A DNA stretch of 64,000 nucleotides. It comes from an uncultured Candidatus Saccharibacteria bacterium (GTDB lineage: Bacteria; Patescibacteriota; Saccharimonadia; Saccharimonadales; Saccharimonadaceae). Below, piece after piece: positions 29,693 to 40,265 of this stretch. Position 1 is the first letter of the stretch. Each line of letters opens with the position of its first letter. The notes below the pieces were generated by a model that worked only from the letters and a program-made list of their open reading frames with translations, did not search any database and was not told where the DNA came from. The translations under genes and the position numbers were made by a program. The DNA is taken from the NCBI GenBank assembly GCA_963456245.1, contig CAUOKV010000002.1:55731-119730 (forward strand). Direction: 5' to 3'.

Positions 29693-30394
29693 ATGAAACC
29701 ACTGATTGATCTACGAAGGGTCGAAAAAACATATTTAGCCAAAAGACAGGCTATCATAGCTTTGCGTAGTGTCAGTTTGCAAGTTAAACAGGGTGAGTTT
29801 CTAGCTATAACCGGAGAAAGCGGTAGTGGCAAGAGCACTATGCTACGGATAATTGGCGCACTGGAGAAGCCGACTTCGGGGCAAGTGATTATTGATGGGC
29901 ATGACGTATCAAAGTTTAGTGACCATGAACTGAGTAAGTTACGCAATGAGAAAATCGGTTTCGTCTTTCAGTCATTCAATTTACAGCCGTTCTTATCGGT
30001 ACTTGACAACGTTTCTACGCCGGCAATATTTGCAGGAAGTCCGCTCAAGCTATCACGAGACAGAGCTAAACAACTGTTGGAGTCTGTTGGGCTGGGAGAT
30101 AAGGCAAACTCGCTACCCGGCGAGCTATCTGGCGGTCAGATGCAGCGAGTGGCAATTTGCCGGTCAGTTATTAATCGCCCTAGCATATTGTTGGCTGATG
30201 AGCCGACGGGAAACCTTGATTCTGTCAACAGCCGGGTGATATACGATTTATTTAGGGAAATAAACCGGAGACTGAGTACAACCATAGTAATCGTGACTCA
30301 CAGCCAAAACATGGCTAATCACGCTGATAGAATTATTAGGCTTAGGGATGGAGAGATTATTGGTGATGTGGATCGCTGGGAGGATGGAGAATGA
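29693..30394 (+). CDS. LolD/MacB-type ABC ATP-binding protein (AT-rich paralog)
   Basis: [25 protein letters not shown]. Confidence 0.95.
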   Translation: MKPLIDLRRVEKTYLAKRQAIIALRSVSLQVKQGEFLAITGESGSGKSTMLRIIGALEKPTSGQVIIDGHDVSKFSDHELSKLRNEKIGFVFQSFNLQPFLSVLDNVSTPAIFAGSPLKLSRDRAKQLLESVGLGDKANSLPGELSGGQMQRVAICRSVINRPSILLADEPTGNLDSVNSRVIYDLFREINRRLSTTIVIVTHSQNMANHADRIIRLRDGEIIGDVDRWEDGE

Positions 30395-32379
30395 TAAGGA
30401 CTACTGCGGCTATACTTTTAGCTAAATCTAAATTCCACACTAAACGTAGGCTAACAATCTTATCGTTATCTATTGCTAGCATATTACTAGGTGTCCTGAT
30501 GACATTAACTGTAATATCGCATGGACTAATCACAAACTTAAATAAGTATGTTAAAAAAGCTGGTGGCGAAAAATACCAGGTATCCGTAAGGGCAATTATT
30601 CCATCTGATATAAGCTCCTCCTTTGACAATCTCGATCACACCACCATTGATAATATTCGACTCTTTGAGAAACAGTATCGTACAACGAAAGCTGAACAAT
30701 ACCGCTTGCTGGGACTGAAATACAATGAAAGTGAAGATGCGCCAGCGTTAAGGTTTAGTCAGTTTGCATCGAAAGGTGAACCCGAGAAGTACCGTGTTGA
30801 ATTTGATGACTCTTCTCCCATTGCTAAAAAATTGATTAATCGTAAATACGAGGAATGGGCTAAGACGGCGAAAAATAAGACTCGGGACCTACTGAACACC
30901 GTAAAAAAATATGGTAAACCTTTGTACTACTCAAATTATGGCGCCTATAAGAATTATCTAAATCAGAATAACTCGCAAATCATTATTAATAACCGGGAAA
31001 GACTAAGTAATTGGGTCGATAATAAGAGTATGTATAGTGGCAATAGTCTCAAGAGAAGCTACTTTGCTGGTGTTAATGACAAACTTGTTGAGAAATATAT
31101 TACATATCATGGGAAACTGAAGGGCATCCCTGTTGTTGCCTCTGTTTACGATGTTGCTGATTTGTTTGGCGACCAATTGCATGTTGACAGAAAACCGCCA
31201 AACGGCAATGCAGCCAGAGCAGAATGGTTAAAAGAGGTACAACATAAAGCTAATGGCTTTACTTATCAAGTATGTTATCGCAACGCTGTTGAGCGTACAG
31301 TACTAACCAAGATTCAACAGGCTAGCAATGATACGTCAAATGAAAAGATAGATAACCGTGAAGGTGCTTCGGCTGATGGAGAGGGTCTATATTATCGACT
31401 GCCAACTATACCTTGCGGTGATATAGTTGCCGTGGCTGATAGACGTACTGTCGAACAAAAGAATAACGACCTCTTGCAAAACATTGCGAATAAGAAACTT
31501 GGGATTGCTACCGATCCAAGACATCGACTAATAACTATGCAAATAGTTGGGATATCAAATGAAAAAGAGGATCCGACTGTGATGGTTAATAATAACATTT
31601 TTGATATGGCAAGGTCAGTTTTGAAATCGAGTCCAGGTTTTGGAGGTACTACATTGGTTCCAAATACGTTGTACTTATCGGCCCCAAATGATGCAAGGGT
31701 TGATAATCTAGACAGCGAGGACTTGACTCTTGATGCGGTGGCTGGTCTATCGGACTCTACGTCCAAACAATTTCCTTATGGCATGCTAGAGTTCTCATCA
31801 GCTGAACAAGCTCGTAAATTTCTTGCCAACGAGACGTGCAATATCTCAAATCCAAATTGTGGAAAGGCTTATGAAGCGTCACAGTACGGCGTTAATTTCC
31901 TTGTGCTTGACGACTTAATTAATGGCGTGAATAGAATTATTTCTATCATTTTTGTAGTGGTTGCTAGTCTGGTGGCGATAATCATATGGTTAACAATTTC
32001 TCGAATTATAAGTGAGAGCAGACGTGAGACAGCTGTTTATCGTGCCGTTGGAGCTAAGAGAGCAGACATTGTTCTTGTCTATCTATCTTATACGATCATG
32101 CTAGCTTTGATCATTATTGCTTTCGCATTTATCATTGCAACCATTCTATCTGCCGTCGTCGCATATATGGCAACACCATATTTATTAGTGGCGGCTCAGG
32201 CTTCGTTTGGTATTATAGGTAGCATTTCGACCGTTAGTCTGGTTGAGCTGAATGATTACGTGTTGGTCATGATGTTATGGATGGCTTTATTGATTGTGGC
32301 AATATCAGTTTTGTCTGCTATTCAGCCTATAGTTCGTAATATGAGAAGGGAGCCCGCAAATGACTTAGCTGTTGAGTGA
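30391..32379 (+). CDS. FtsX/MacB-type ABC permease (AT-rich paralog of 26690-28708)
   Basis: Shares KFHTKRRLTILSL, GLYYRLPT.PCGDI, QYGVNFLVLD, ISRIISESR.ETAVYRA. Confidence 0.85.
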   Translation: MIRTTAAILLAKSKFHTKRRLTILSLSIASILLGVLMTLTVISHGLITNLNKYVKKAGGEKYQVSVRAIIPSDISSSFDNLDHTTIDNIRLFEKQYRTTKAEQYRLLGLKYNESEDAPALRFSQFASKGEPEKYRVEFDDSSPIAKKLINRKYEEWAKTAKNKTRDLLNTVKKYGKPLYYSNYGAYKNYLNQNNSQIIINNRERLSNWVDNKSMYSGNSLKRSYFAGVNDKLVEKYITYHGKLKGIPVVASVYDVADLFGDQLHVDRKPPNGNAARAEWLKEVQHKANGFTYQVCYRNAVERTVLTKIQQASNDTSNEKIDNREGASADGEGLYYRLPTIPCGDIVAVADRRTVEQKNNDLLQNIANKKLGIATDPRHRLITMQIVGISNEKEDPTVMVNNNIFDMARSVLKSSPGFGGTTLVPNTLYLSAPNDARVDNLDSEDLTLDAVAGLSDSTSKQFPYGMLEFSSAEQARKFLANETCNISNPNCGKAYEASQYGVNFLVLDDLINGVNRIISIIFVVVASLVAIIIWLTISRIISESRRETAVYRAVGAKRADIVLVYLSYTIMLALIIIAFAFIIATILSAVVAYMATPYLLVAAQASFGIIGSISTVSLVELNDYVLVMMLWMALLIVAISVLSAIQPIVRNMRREPANDLAVE

Positions 32380-32469
32380 AATTGAGTGGCTGTTGGTTTT
32401 AATTTACCTAATATTATTAATTAGTAGCTAACTAATACCTGTTGCATTAGTTTGCAAGGAGGATGTTAT

Positions 32470-32802
32470 ATGTCTAGTATATTATCAACAAAAATTGCTT
32501 CCAAAATAAGTCTTGCGCTTGTAGCGTTTGGCGTGGTGGCGGTTATGTCTGTTGTTGGGGCTAAGCCAGCAATGGCTAAACAGCACGACATAAATATGTG
32601 GGATGCTTGCGAATACCAATACGGCTCCATTATGAGTGTCGTCTCAATCGCTGATAACGTTTACGGTTGGCGATGTCATTGGTGGGGATCTAACGGTCGT
32701 ATGTATGGACAGCTGAATCTCAGAAGTTACTGTGGCCACAGATATGGACAGGGAGCATACTATCGCAATTTCCACGATAAATACAGCTGGTATTGCGGAT
32801 AA
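32470..32802 (+). CDS. Secreted 4-Cys, Trp/Tyr-rich two-repeat miniprotein
   Basis: AGGAGG RBS, signal peptide ending PAMA, 74-aa mature part with two C..Y/WxC repeats, terminator downstream. Confidence 0.8.
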   Translation: MSSILSTKIASKISLALVAFGVVAVMSVVGAKPAMAKQHDINMWDACEYQYGSIMSVVSIADNVYGWRCHWWGSNGRMYGQLNLRSYCGHRYGQGAYYRNFHDKYSWYCG

Positions 32803-32816
32803 ATAACTTGCTGACG

Positions 32817-32855
32817 TTAAAATTAAAGGAGTCTTCAGGACTCCTTTAATTTTAA
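32817..32855. terminator. Bidirectional intrinsic terminator
   Basis: 17-bp perfect stem TTAAAATTAAAGGAGTC/GACTCCTTTAATTTTAA between convergent genes. Confidence 0.85.
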
Positions 32856-32933
32856 AATAGTAGAACGTGCTAGCGATGCTTCGGATGTATGTGATTATGA
32901 TTATGTGCATGCTTTAGGGCAAGCCAGTATAAT

Positions 32934-34112
32934 TTAAGGGACTAAGTCCAGTACCACCAGGTTCTCGATGTGGGGTGTGCGAGGGAAGAAGTTAAACGGT
33001 TGACAAAGGACAGGGCGATAATCTGAGCCAAGACGGGCGATATCCCGAGCCTGGGTGACGGGATTGCAGGAGAGGTAGATGAGACGAGGTGGCTTTACCT
33101 CGGCTAGTTGGGCAACCAACTTGCTATCCAGTCCGGCTCGAGGTGGGTCAACGATGATGGTAGCCTCGGGCGTGATATACTCTAACGCCTCTTCGGAACG
33201 GGCGTGTATAGCGGTGATATTAGGATGATCGCCAGGTAAATTGCGCTTCAGCTCGCTAAAGGCATGGCGATCAGTCTCGATCAAGGCTAACCGGCGGTCA
33301 CGAGCCACCGATAGCCCGATAGTACCGACGCCGGCGTACATATCTACGACTTGATTGGTGGTGATGAATGGCTTGATGGTCTGTAGTGCCAGCTGATAGA
33401 CCGGCAGGTTGATCTGGAAGAAGCCGTTTGGCGAGTAGGTATAGCGATGCCCTAATATAGTATCGCTAAGCTGTTTCATCTGAGGATGAGGCTGGTTCAT
33501 AGCGAAGAGAGCGCTGCTAACCTGCCCCGCCTGATCGCACCTGATCATGATTGATTGATAGTGGCGAGCTTGAGCTCCGGTGCTATTGAGCTGATCGATC
33601 AGGCGATTAGCCTCCTGCCAAATCTCGACCCGTTCTATCGAGCTGCGCTGTACGGCAATCTTGCGGTGGCTACCCCGCCCGTGAAAAGCCGGGTAGATGC
33701 GCTCAGTCTGATGATCCCACCACAGCGAATACTCCATCTTGTTGCGGTAGTGATAATACTGCCCATCGCCGATGATTTCGTTCGGCTCGATCTCTACCCG
33801 GTGCTGACGGAAGGCTTCTTTGACTAGCGCCACCTTATGCCGGCTTTCGGCAGACTCAGTCATGATCTGCCAGGGCGAAGTGGCGAGGAAGCAATCGTCC
33901 CTCGGGGCGATCCGATCGGGCGACGGCTTGATGACCTCGGTGACGATAGCTTCGGCGTGAGTTTTCTTCAGCTTGGTTAGCCGGATTAGAGCGGTCTCAC
34001 CCGGTAAAGCTCCCCAGACGAAGACTTTCCTACCATCAGCTAGGTCGCCGATAGCTTGTCCGCCCGGAACCAGCTGCTCCAGCTTGACCACCTCCTCAAT
34101 GATTCGCTTCAC
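32934..34112 (-). CDS. RNA m5U methyltransferase, RlmD/TrmA family with TRAM domain
   Basis: YRNKMEY, FFQIN, DMYAGVGTIG, VDPPRAGL, YLSCNPVTQARD, FPRTPHIE; start approximate. Confidence 0.9.
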   Translation of the reverse strand: MKRIIEEVVKLEQLVPGGQAIGDLADGRKVFVWGALPGETALIRLTKLKKTHAEAIVTEVIKPSPDRIAPRDDCFLATSPWQIMTESAESRHKVALVKEAFRQHRVEIEPNEIIGDGQYYHYRNKMEYSLWWDHQTERIYPAFHGRGSHRKIAVQRSSIERVEIWQEANRLIDQLNSTGAQARHYQSIMIRCDQAGQVSSALFAMNQPHPQMKQLSDTILGHRYTYSPNGFFQINLPVYQLALQTIKPFITTNQVVDMYAGVGTIGLSVARDRRLALIETDRHAFSELKRNLPGDHPNITAIHARSEEALEYITPEATIIVDPPRAGLDSKLVAQLAEVKPPRLIYLSCNPVTQARDIARLGSDYRPVLCQPFNFFPRTPHIENLVVLDLVP

Positions 34113-36033
34113 GTCTCTGCCCCAGGATGATGAAACTGACCGGCTCAACGCCGATTTCGCTCTCGGCCGATTGAGGATTCTGCCACAGCCGGGTATCATT
34201 GGTGGTAGCTAAAACTTGCCACTTGCCGTTAAGGTTAAGGAGATGGGGTGCTTGATTGCGATTATAGACAACCATCAGCTTAGCCCAGGGCGATGAATGA
34301 TCCTGGTCATCGTTATCCAGCGAGAAGCCGACTACGCCGGAGGTGTGCCAACTATCGTATTGACGCCGGTAAGCGCTAGGCGATTTATCGTAGAGAGCGG
34401 GCAACTGTTGACGAAGAGAGATAAGCCCTCGATAAAACTCGGCTAGCGACCGCTCCTCGCCTACCCTACTCCAGTCGAGCTGGCTAAGCTCAATCGGCGA
34501 GCGGTAGGAGTTGCTCTGGCCGTGCTTGGTCCGACGAAAAGTCGAGCCTGACAGCATGAAGGGTCGTCCCTGGCAGGTCAGATAGATACCGACGGCGAGG
34601 CGGTACTGTTTGCGACGCAGCGACTCGTCGGGCGTGGTACTGGTGAGCTTGTCCCAGAGAGTCTGATTGTCATGAGCGGAGACGTAGTTGATGATCTGCG
34701 CCGGGTCGGCGACGTCTGAGCCTTCGCCACACCAAGCCACGGCACTCCTCAGGAGTGCTTCTTCTTTATCCGCTGCTCCATTGACGAAGCCGGCTTCCGC
34801 TATATTACCGGCCGACCCTTTAATGGCATCTCTGGTCTTGTCACAAAAGATGCCGATGCTGTGACTCAGGAGCCTAAGGTTGTCTCGATTAGCCAGCGGC
34901 TGTCCGTCCATAGCTGCGCTACTGCCGGCCGTCCAAGGCTCACCGTAGATGAGCTTCTCACCTGCTCCGAACTGCCGGTCGAGAAGATCTTGGATTCGGT
35001 TCATCAGCTCTATTGTCAGTACCCCCATCAAGTCAAAGCGAAAACCGTCGAGGTGGTACTCGTTTACCCAGTAGAGGACGCTGTCGGTAATGTATTTGGC
35101 CACCATTGGTCGCTCGCTGGCCAGATCGTTACCACAACCCGAGCCATTGGTAAGCTCACCATCCTTGGTGCGATAGAAGTAATAAGGCATGGTCTGCTCT
35201 AGTGCCGTGTCCAAACTCCAGGTGTGATTGTAGACCACGTCCATAATCACTCGAAAGCCCTGCTGGTGGAGCGACTGGATGGCTCGTTTGAGCTCTCTGA
35301 TGCGCACTTCGCCGTGGCAGGGATCGGTCGAGTACGAGCCCTCCGGCACATTGTAATTAACCGGGTCGTAGCCCCAGTTAAACTCGCTGCCGCTCCGCTC
35401 GTCGACCGAGCCGAAATCATAGATGGGCATGAGCTGCAGGTGAGTGATGCCAATATGCTTGAGATAAGCCAACCCCGTTTTGGTCTGACCGTCACTATTC
35501 AGGCTGGTGTCGGGGATAGCCAGAGCTAAGAACTTGCCTCGCACCGGCTCGGCCCAGCCACCGGCCGGATCAGATGAAAACTCCTTGATGTGTATCTCGT
35601 CAATGATTTGCTCCGGGGTGAGCTCGGGCGGGCGGTCGTTTAGCCAGTCGAGCGGATTGGTCCGGCTGAAGTCTACCAGCATGGCTCGCCTACCATTGAT
35701 ACCGGTGGTGCGAGCGTAAGGGTCACCGGCTTGATGAGTCTCGCCGTCAATGGTGATGGTGAAGTCGTAATAGATGCCATGAAAGCTACGGGGAGCTGAC
35801 CACACCCAGACGCCGTTCGCCTGCTCAGTCATGGTGGCTTGCCAATAAGGCTGACCGGCCGATTTACCGTCGTGGTAGAAGTTAAGCTTGATGGTTTGGG
35901 CGACCGGGCTCCATAGCTTGACCACGGTCTCCCGCTCCGTCACGGTAGCACCGAGATCATTGCCGTCATAATAGTACTGCTGATGAAAGTCAGCTGAGTC
36001 ATATAGATCTGCCCACTGTTTGATTGTTCTCAC
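34096..36033 (-). CDS. pulA: Type I pullulanase (GH13 debranching enzyme), no signal peptide
   Basis: FNWGYDP, MDVVYNH, DGFRFDLMG, YGEPW, NYVSAHDN. Confidence 0.92.
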   Translation of the reverse strand: MRTIKQWADLYDSADFHQQYYYDGNDLGATVTERETVVKLWSPVAQTIKLNFYHDGKSAGQPYWQATMTEQANGVWVWSAPRSFHGIYYDFTITIDGETHQAGDPYARTTGINGRRAMLVDFSRTNPLDWLNDRPPELTPEQIIDEIHIKEFSSDPAGGWAEPVRGKFLALAIPDTSLNSDGQTKTGLAYLKHIGITHLQLMPIYDFGSVDERSGSEFNWGYDPVNYNVPEGSYSTDPCHGEVRIRELKRAIQSLHQQGFRVIMDVVYNHTWSLDTALEQTMPYYFYRTKDGELTNGSGCGNDLASERPMVAKYITDSVLYWVNEYHLDGFRFDLMGVLTIELMNRIQDLLDRQFGAGEKLIYGEPWTAGSSAAMDGQPLANRDNLRLLSHSIGIFCDKTRDAIKGSAGNIAEAGFVNGAADKEEALLRSAVAWCGEGSDVADPAQIINYVSAHDNQTLWDKLTSTTPDESLRRKQYRLAVGIYLTCQGRPFMLSGSTFRRTKHGQSNSYRSPIELSQLDWSRVGEERSLAEFYRGLISLRQQLPALYDKSPSAYRRQYDSWHTSGVVGFSLDNDDQDHSSPWAKLMVVYNRNQAPHLLNLNGKWQVLATTNDTRLWQNPQSAESEIGVEPVSFIILGQRREANH

Positions 36034-36086
36034 TAGCTGAATTATACCACGGCGCAGGCCCGGGATATGATAAACTAAAGCTAGTT

Positions 36087-36796
<710 letters not shown>

Positions 36797-36800
<4 letters not shown>

Positions 36801-38101
36801 GGCTTACGGATATTATCAAGCGGGCGAATCACAACCTATGGCGTAATCGCTCGAGGACTATCTTGACCACCCTGGCGATCACGGTCGGCTCATTAACTAT
36901 CATGTTGACCGTCGGCATCAATGCCGGAGTCAATGGCTATATCGACAAGCAGGTCGAGAGTACCGGTGGCAACGATATCATTGAGGTCATGCCTAAGGGT
37001 ATAGCCGATCGGATGTCGAGCATGATGACGCTGGGAGCAACCGAGGTTCAGGAATACCGAAGTAATCAGGGGCAGAGTCAGCAGGTGTCGCTGACTGATC
37101 GTGACTTAGCCGGGATCAAGCGTCTCAAGGGGGTCAAGCTGGCTAAGCTAAGTGACCTCCTCTACCCGAGCTATATCACTCGTGACCGGGACGAAGCCAA
37201 GAAGTATAAGCTGACGGTCGGACCGCTGGCAGCCAGTAGCATCAAGCTGGATCTGGCAGCCGGTCGTAGTGTCCGGATTGACGGCTCGGAGGCGGAGGCT
37301 ATCTTGCCTGATCGCTATCTGGAGCCGCTTGGCTTTAGTTCCGCCAAGCAGGCGATAGGACAGATGGTCCGAGTGGGCGTACCGCACCGGCTGGGTGGTC
37401 AGATAGATGAAGTGAAGATCAGAATAGTCGGCGTGCAGAACCAGAGTATAGTTGGCTTTGGTAGAGTGTTCCTGAACGATGCTGCAGGCCGACTAGTCAG
37501 GAGTGCTTACCTGACCGGCATGCCTGAAGCCCTACGAAGCCAGCATGGCTTGATCATCATCCAGGTCAAGCCCGGCTACGAGTCGAAAGAAAAACTGGCT
37601 CAGATCAAACAGGGGCTGACCAATATGGGCTACAGCAGCATCTCGGAGGATGATTACATTTCGTCGATCAAGCTTTTCTTTAACGCCATCACGGTGATCC
37701 TGACTATCTTTGGGGTGATCGCTCTGATCACTGCTTCGATCGGCATAGTTAATACCTTGCTGATGTCAGTGCAGGAGCGCACTCGTGAGATCGGCCTGAT
37801 GAAAGCGATGGGGCTAAGCTCGGGGCGGATCTTTGCCTTATTTAGCCTGGAGGCGGTAAGCTTAGGCTTCTGGGGCGGGATGCTGGCGGCCGGTCTGGCG
37901 GTGGTGATCAAGCAGACGGTTAATCCGTGGGCAGGACGCAACTTCCTGTCCGGCTTACCCGGCTTCAATCTGATCGAGCTCAATCCTCTCTATGTCGGGG
38001 CGATCGTGGTGATAGTCATGGTGGTGGCTTTCCTGGCCGGTACGCTGCCGGCTAAACGAGCGACCAAGCAAGACCCCATTCAGGCGTTGCGCTACGAGTA
38101 G
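36797..38101 (+). CDS. MacB/FtsX-family ABC permease
   Basis: RSRTILTTLAI, NTLLMSVQERTREIGLMKAMG, DPIQALRYE. Confidence 0.93.
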
Positions 38102-38221
38102 CAGTGGCCGGGTGGATTGCGTGCCGGCACTTATAGGTGAAAGCCGGCTAGAGCTAAGCCGGCTTGTGTGCCGTTGATATCTCTTTGGCTGAAGCGGTGT
38201 CTTCTCGCCTACCTCGGTTAT

Positions 38222-40009
38222 CTAGTCATCAGAGCGGAAGAGATAGTGGAGATAATCTCGCATCATCCTGGCACCGCAAATAGTGGTAAGGTAACCGGCT
38301 AAGGTAGTGGCGACGGCGTCACTCCAGCGATCATCATGGCGACAGATATTGATGGCTTGGCGCAGGCGACTGTAGAGCGAGCTAACCTCCTCATGATAGT
38401 CGTCACCGCTAACCAATAGAGTGGTCGGTGGAGCAACATCAGCAACGCCACCGTCATTGGTGGTCACCAGCAACGCTAAGTTGGCTAGGTCTTTCATAAA
38501 TGACGTGCCGCAGGCCTCCAAGCCGACTACCGGCACATTGACCGAGATATCTGAGCCGAAGCTCATCGCTCTAGCTAGATTCTCGTCATAGTCGGTGATG
38601 TAGTGAACTCGCCGTCTGAGGACCGGGTCGTCAGCGATACGCTGTAGCATACTTGCCAACTTCCGGTAGGTAGAATCATTAGCTGAGACATTGCCGGCGA
38701 TCATCCCCGCCATAATGTAATGAGCGTTGTAACTAACTAAGATACCCTTGAGCTGCTCGATATCCTCGAAAGGCATCCAGGGGCGCTTGTATTCGACAAA
38801 ACGGCGCTTGTACTCCAGTAGGATGGCGTCCTCAGGGATCTGGACTACAGCCCCGTACTGGTCTTGTCGATGAGCCAGCTCGCTATTGAGCTGAGCTCTA
38901 CCCTGCTGCTTGAGCTGGCGTAGTCGGCTAAGATTGGCCCGAAAGATCTGGCGAATCTGGTCGGCAGTTGCCGCCCCGGGCATGTTGAAACGGTCAATGA
39001 TGCCGCTGTGCTTGTAGAAATCAAGTAGCTCCGGCTTAACCCAGCTCTGCAGGTGGATGCCATTAGTGATAGCGCTGAAGTGGGTTTTTTCGCCCGACAG
39101 GTCGTGATAATCAGCTACCTTGGCGTGGAGCTTAGAGACGCAGTTCTTCGCCTCGGCCAGCTCAATCGTCAGGCTGCTGAGCTGTAGACAACCGTCTCGG
39201 AATAGCCCACCGATGTAGTGGTCAACTGCCGGTGATTTGATATTGGGAAAGACGAAGCGGTCAAACTGCTCGTAGCTGAACTGCGACTCGGCGGCTTGCA
39301 CCAAGGTGTGATTGGTATAGAGAGTGTGCTTACGAACGTAGACAATCGCCTCATACAGATTCATACCGTTACTGCAGAGCTCATCCAGGCGAGCTACAGC
39401 GGCGAAAACGGTGGCAGTTTCGTTGAGCTGGATAACGGCGGGCTTAAGATCAGCCATCTTGAGGGCGGCGTAGCCACCGAAGCCGAGCGATGTCATCTGG
39501 TAGAGACGGTGGTCACTGGAGGGTGTATCGCAGTAGAGCGGCCCGAAGTTGGGCTCGGTCATGCAGAGAAAACGACTGCTGCCCAGCTGCTTCTGGTAGA
39601 TATCAAGCGTAGCGTCAGGCTTGTCTTTGATATGAAGCACCACCTGCCCGATCGCCTGAAAACCTTCTGCCTCGGGGCTACGGCTAACGTAGTCGTCATG
39701 TGGCTCGAGTTTCTCCAGGCGCTGGTGTCGCTCAGTCTGGTAGAAGGGGGTTAAAGTGACAAAGGGTATCTCCAGGTCTTCCGCCACCCGACGAGTGTCG
39801 GCAGCCAGAACGCCCAGCCCTCCTGCTCCACGGATACCATTAGCCTGGTCGTAGACTTCCATGGTGGTGTAGACGTATGGTCGCACGGGGCTGATCTTGT
39901 GGATCAGGTTGCGACGGTCGATCGTCTGGTAAAACTCAGCGACATCTTCAATTTTAGCCTGGGAAGCCCGCTGCTTCCCTTTCGGTACTTGCCCACTCAT
40001 AACTACCAT
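38222..40009 (-). CDS. glgP: Alpha-glucan (glycogen/maltodextrin) phosphorylase, GT35
   Basis: GGLGVLAAD, QLNE, TNGIH, RRFVEYKR, EACGTSFMK (PLP-site motif). Confidence 0.88.
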   Translation of the reverse strand: MVVMSGQVPKGKQRASQAKIEDVAEFYQTIDRRNLIHKISPVRPYVYTTMEVYDQANGIRGAGGLGVLAADTRRVAEDLEIPFVTLTPFYQTERHQRLEKLEPHDDYVSRSPEAEGFQAIGQVVLHIKDKPDATLDIYQKQLGSSRFLCMTEPNFGPLYCDTPSSDHRLYQMTSLGFGGYAALKMADLKPAVIQLNETATVFAAVARLDELCSNGMNLYEAIVYVRKHTLYTNHTLVQAAESQFSYEQFDRFVFPNIKSPAVDHYIGGLFRDGCLQLSSLTIELAEAKNCVSKLHAKVADYHDLSGEKTHFSAITNGIHLQSWVKPELLDFYKHSGIIDRFNMPGAATADQIRQIFRANLSRLRQLKQQGRAQLNSELAHRQDQYGAVVQIPEDAILLEYKRRFVEYKRPWMPFEDIEQLKGILVSYNAHYIMAGMIAGNVSANDSTYRKLASMLQRIADDPVLRRRVHYITDYDENLARAMSFGSDISVNVPVVGLEACGTSFMKDLANLALLVTTNDGGVADVAPPTTLLVSGDDYHEEVSSLYSRLRQAINICRHDDRWSDAVATTLAGYLTTICGARMMRDYLHYLFRSDD

Positions 40010-40265
40010 TCATTGTATCAGACTAACACTGCTTATGCTAATGCCGGTAGTCGCTATGTGCGCTGGGTGGTTCGGCATTGTATTAACGATCTTTGTCAAC
40101 CACACTGTTCTGCTTACATTAAGAACGCTTCACTCTAGTTGATGCTACTTCTTTGATGCAATCTTAGGCTTCGTTGTTTGAATATGCTATTTTACATTTT
40201 TCCACTGATTCATTTTACATATTTCCGGCATTTCAGTTTACAATTTTCTAATGCTTATGCTTAGT

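Noticed and set aside
38120..38166. GTGCCGGCAC palindrome and AAGCCGGCT/AGCCGGCTT hairpin as a REP-like element
   Set aside because: Between convergent genes and built from the locally common GCCGGC word; most simply a terminator, with no second full copy seen
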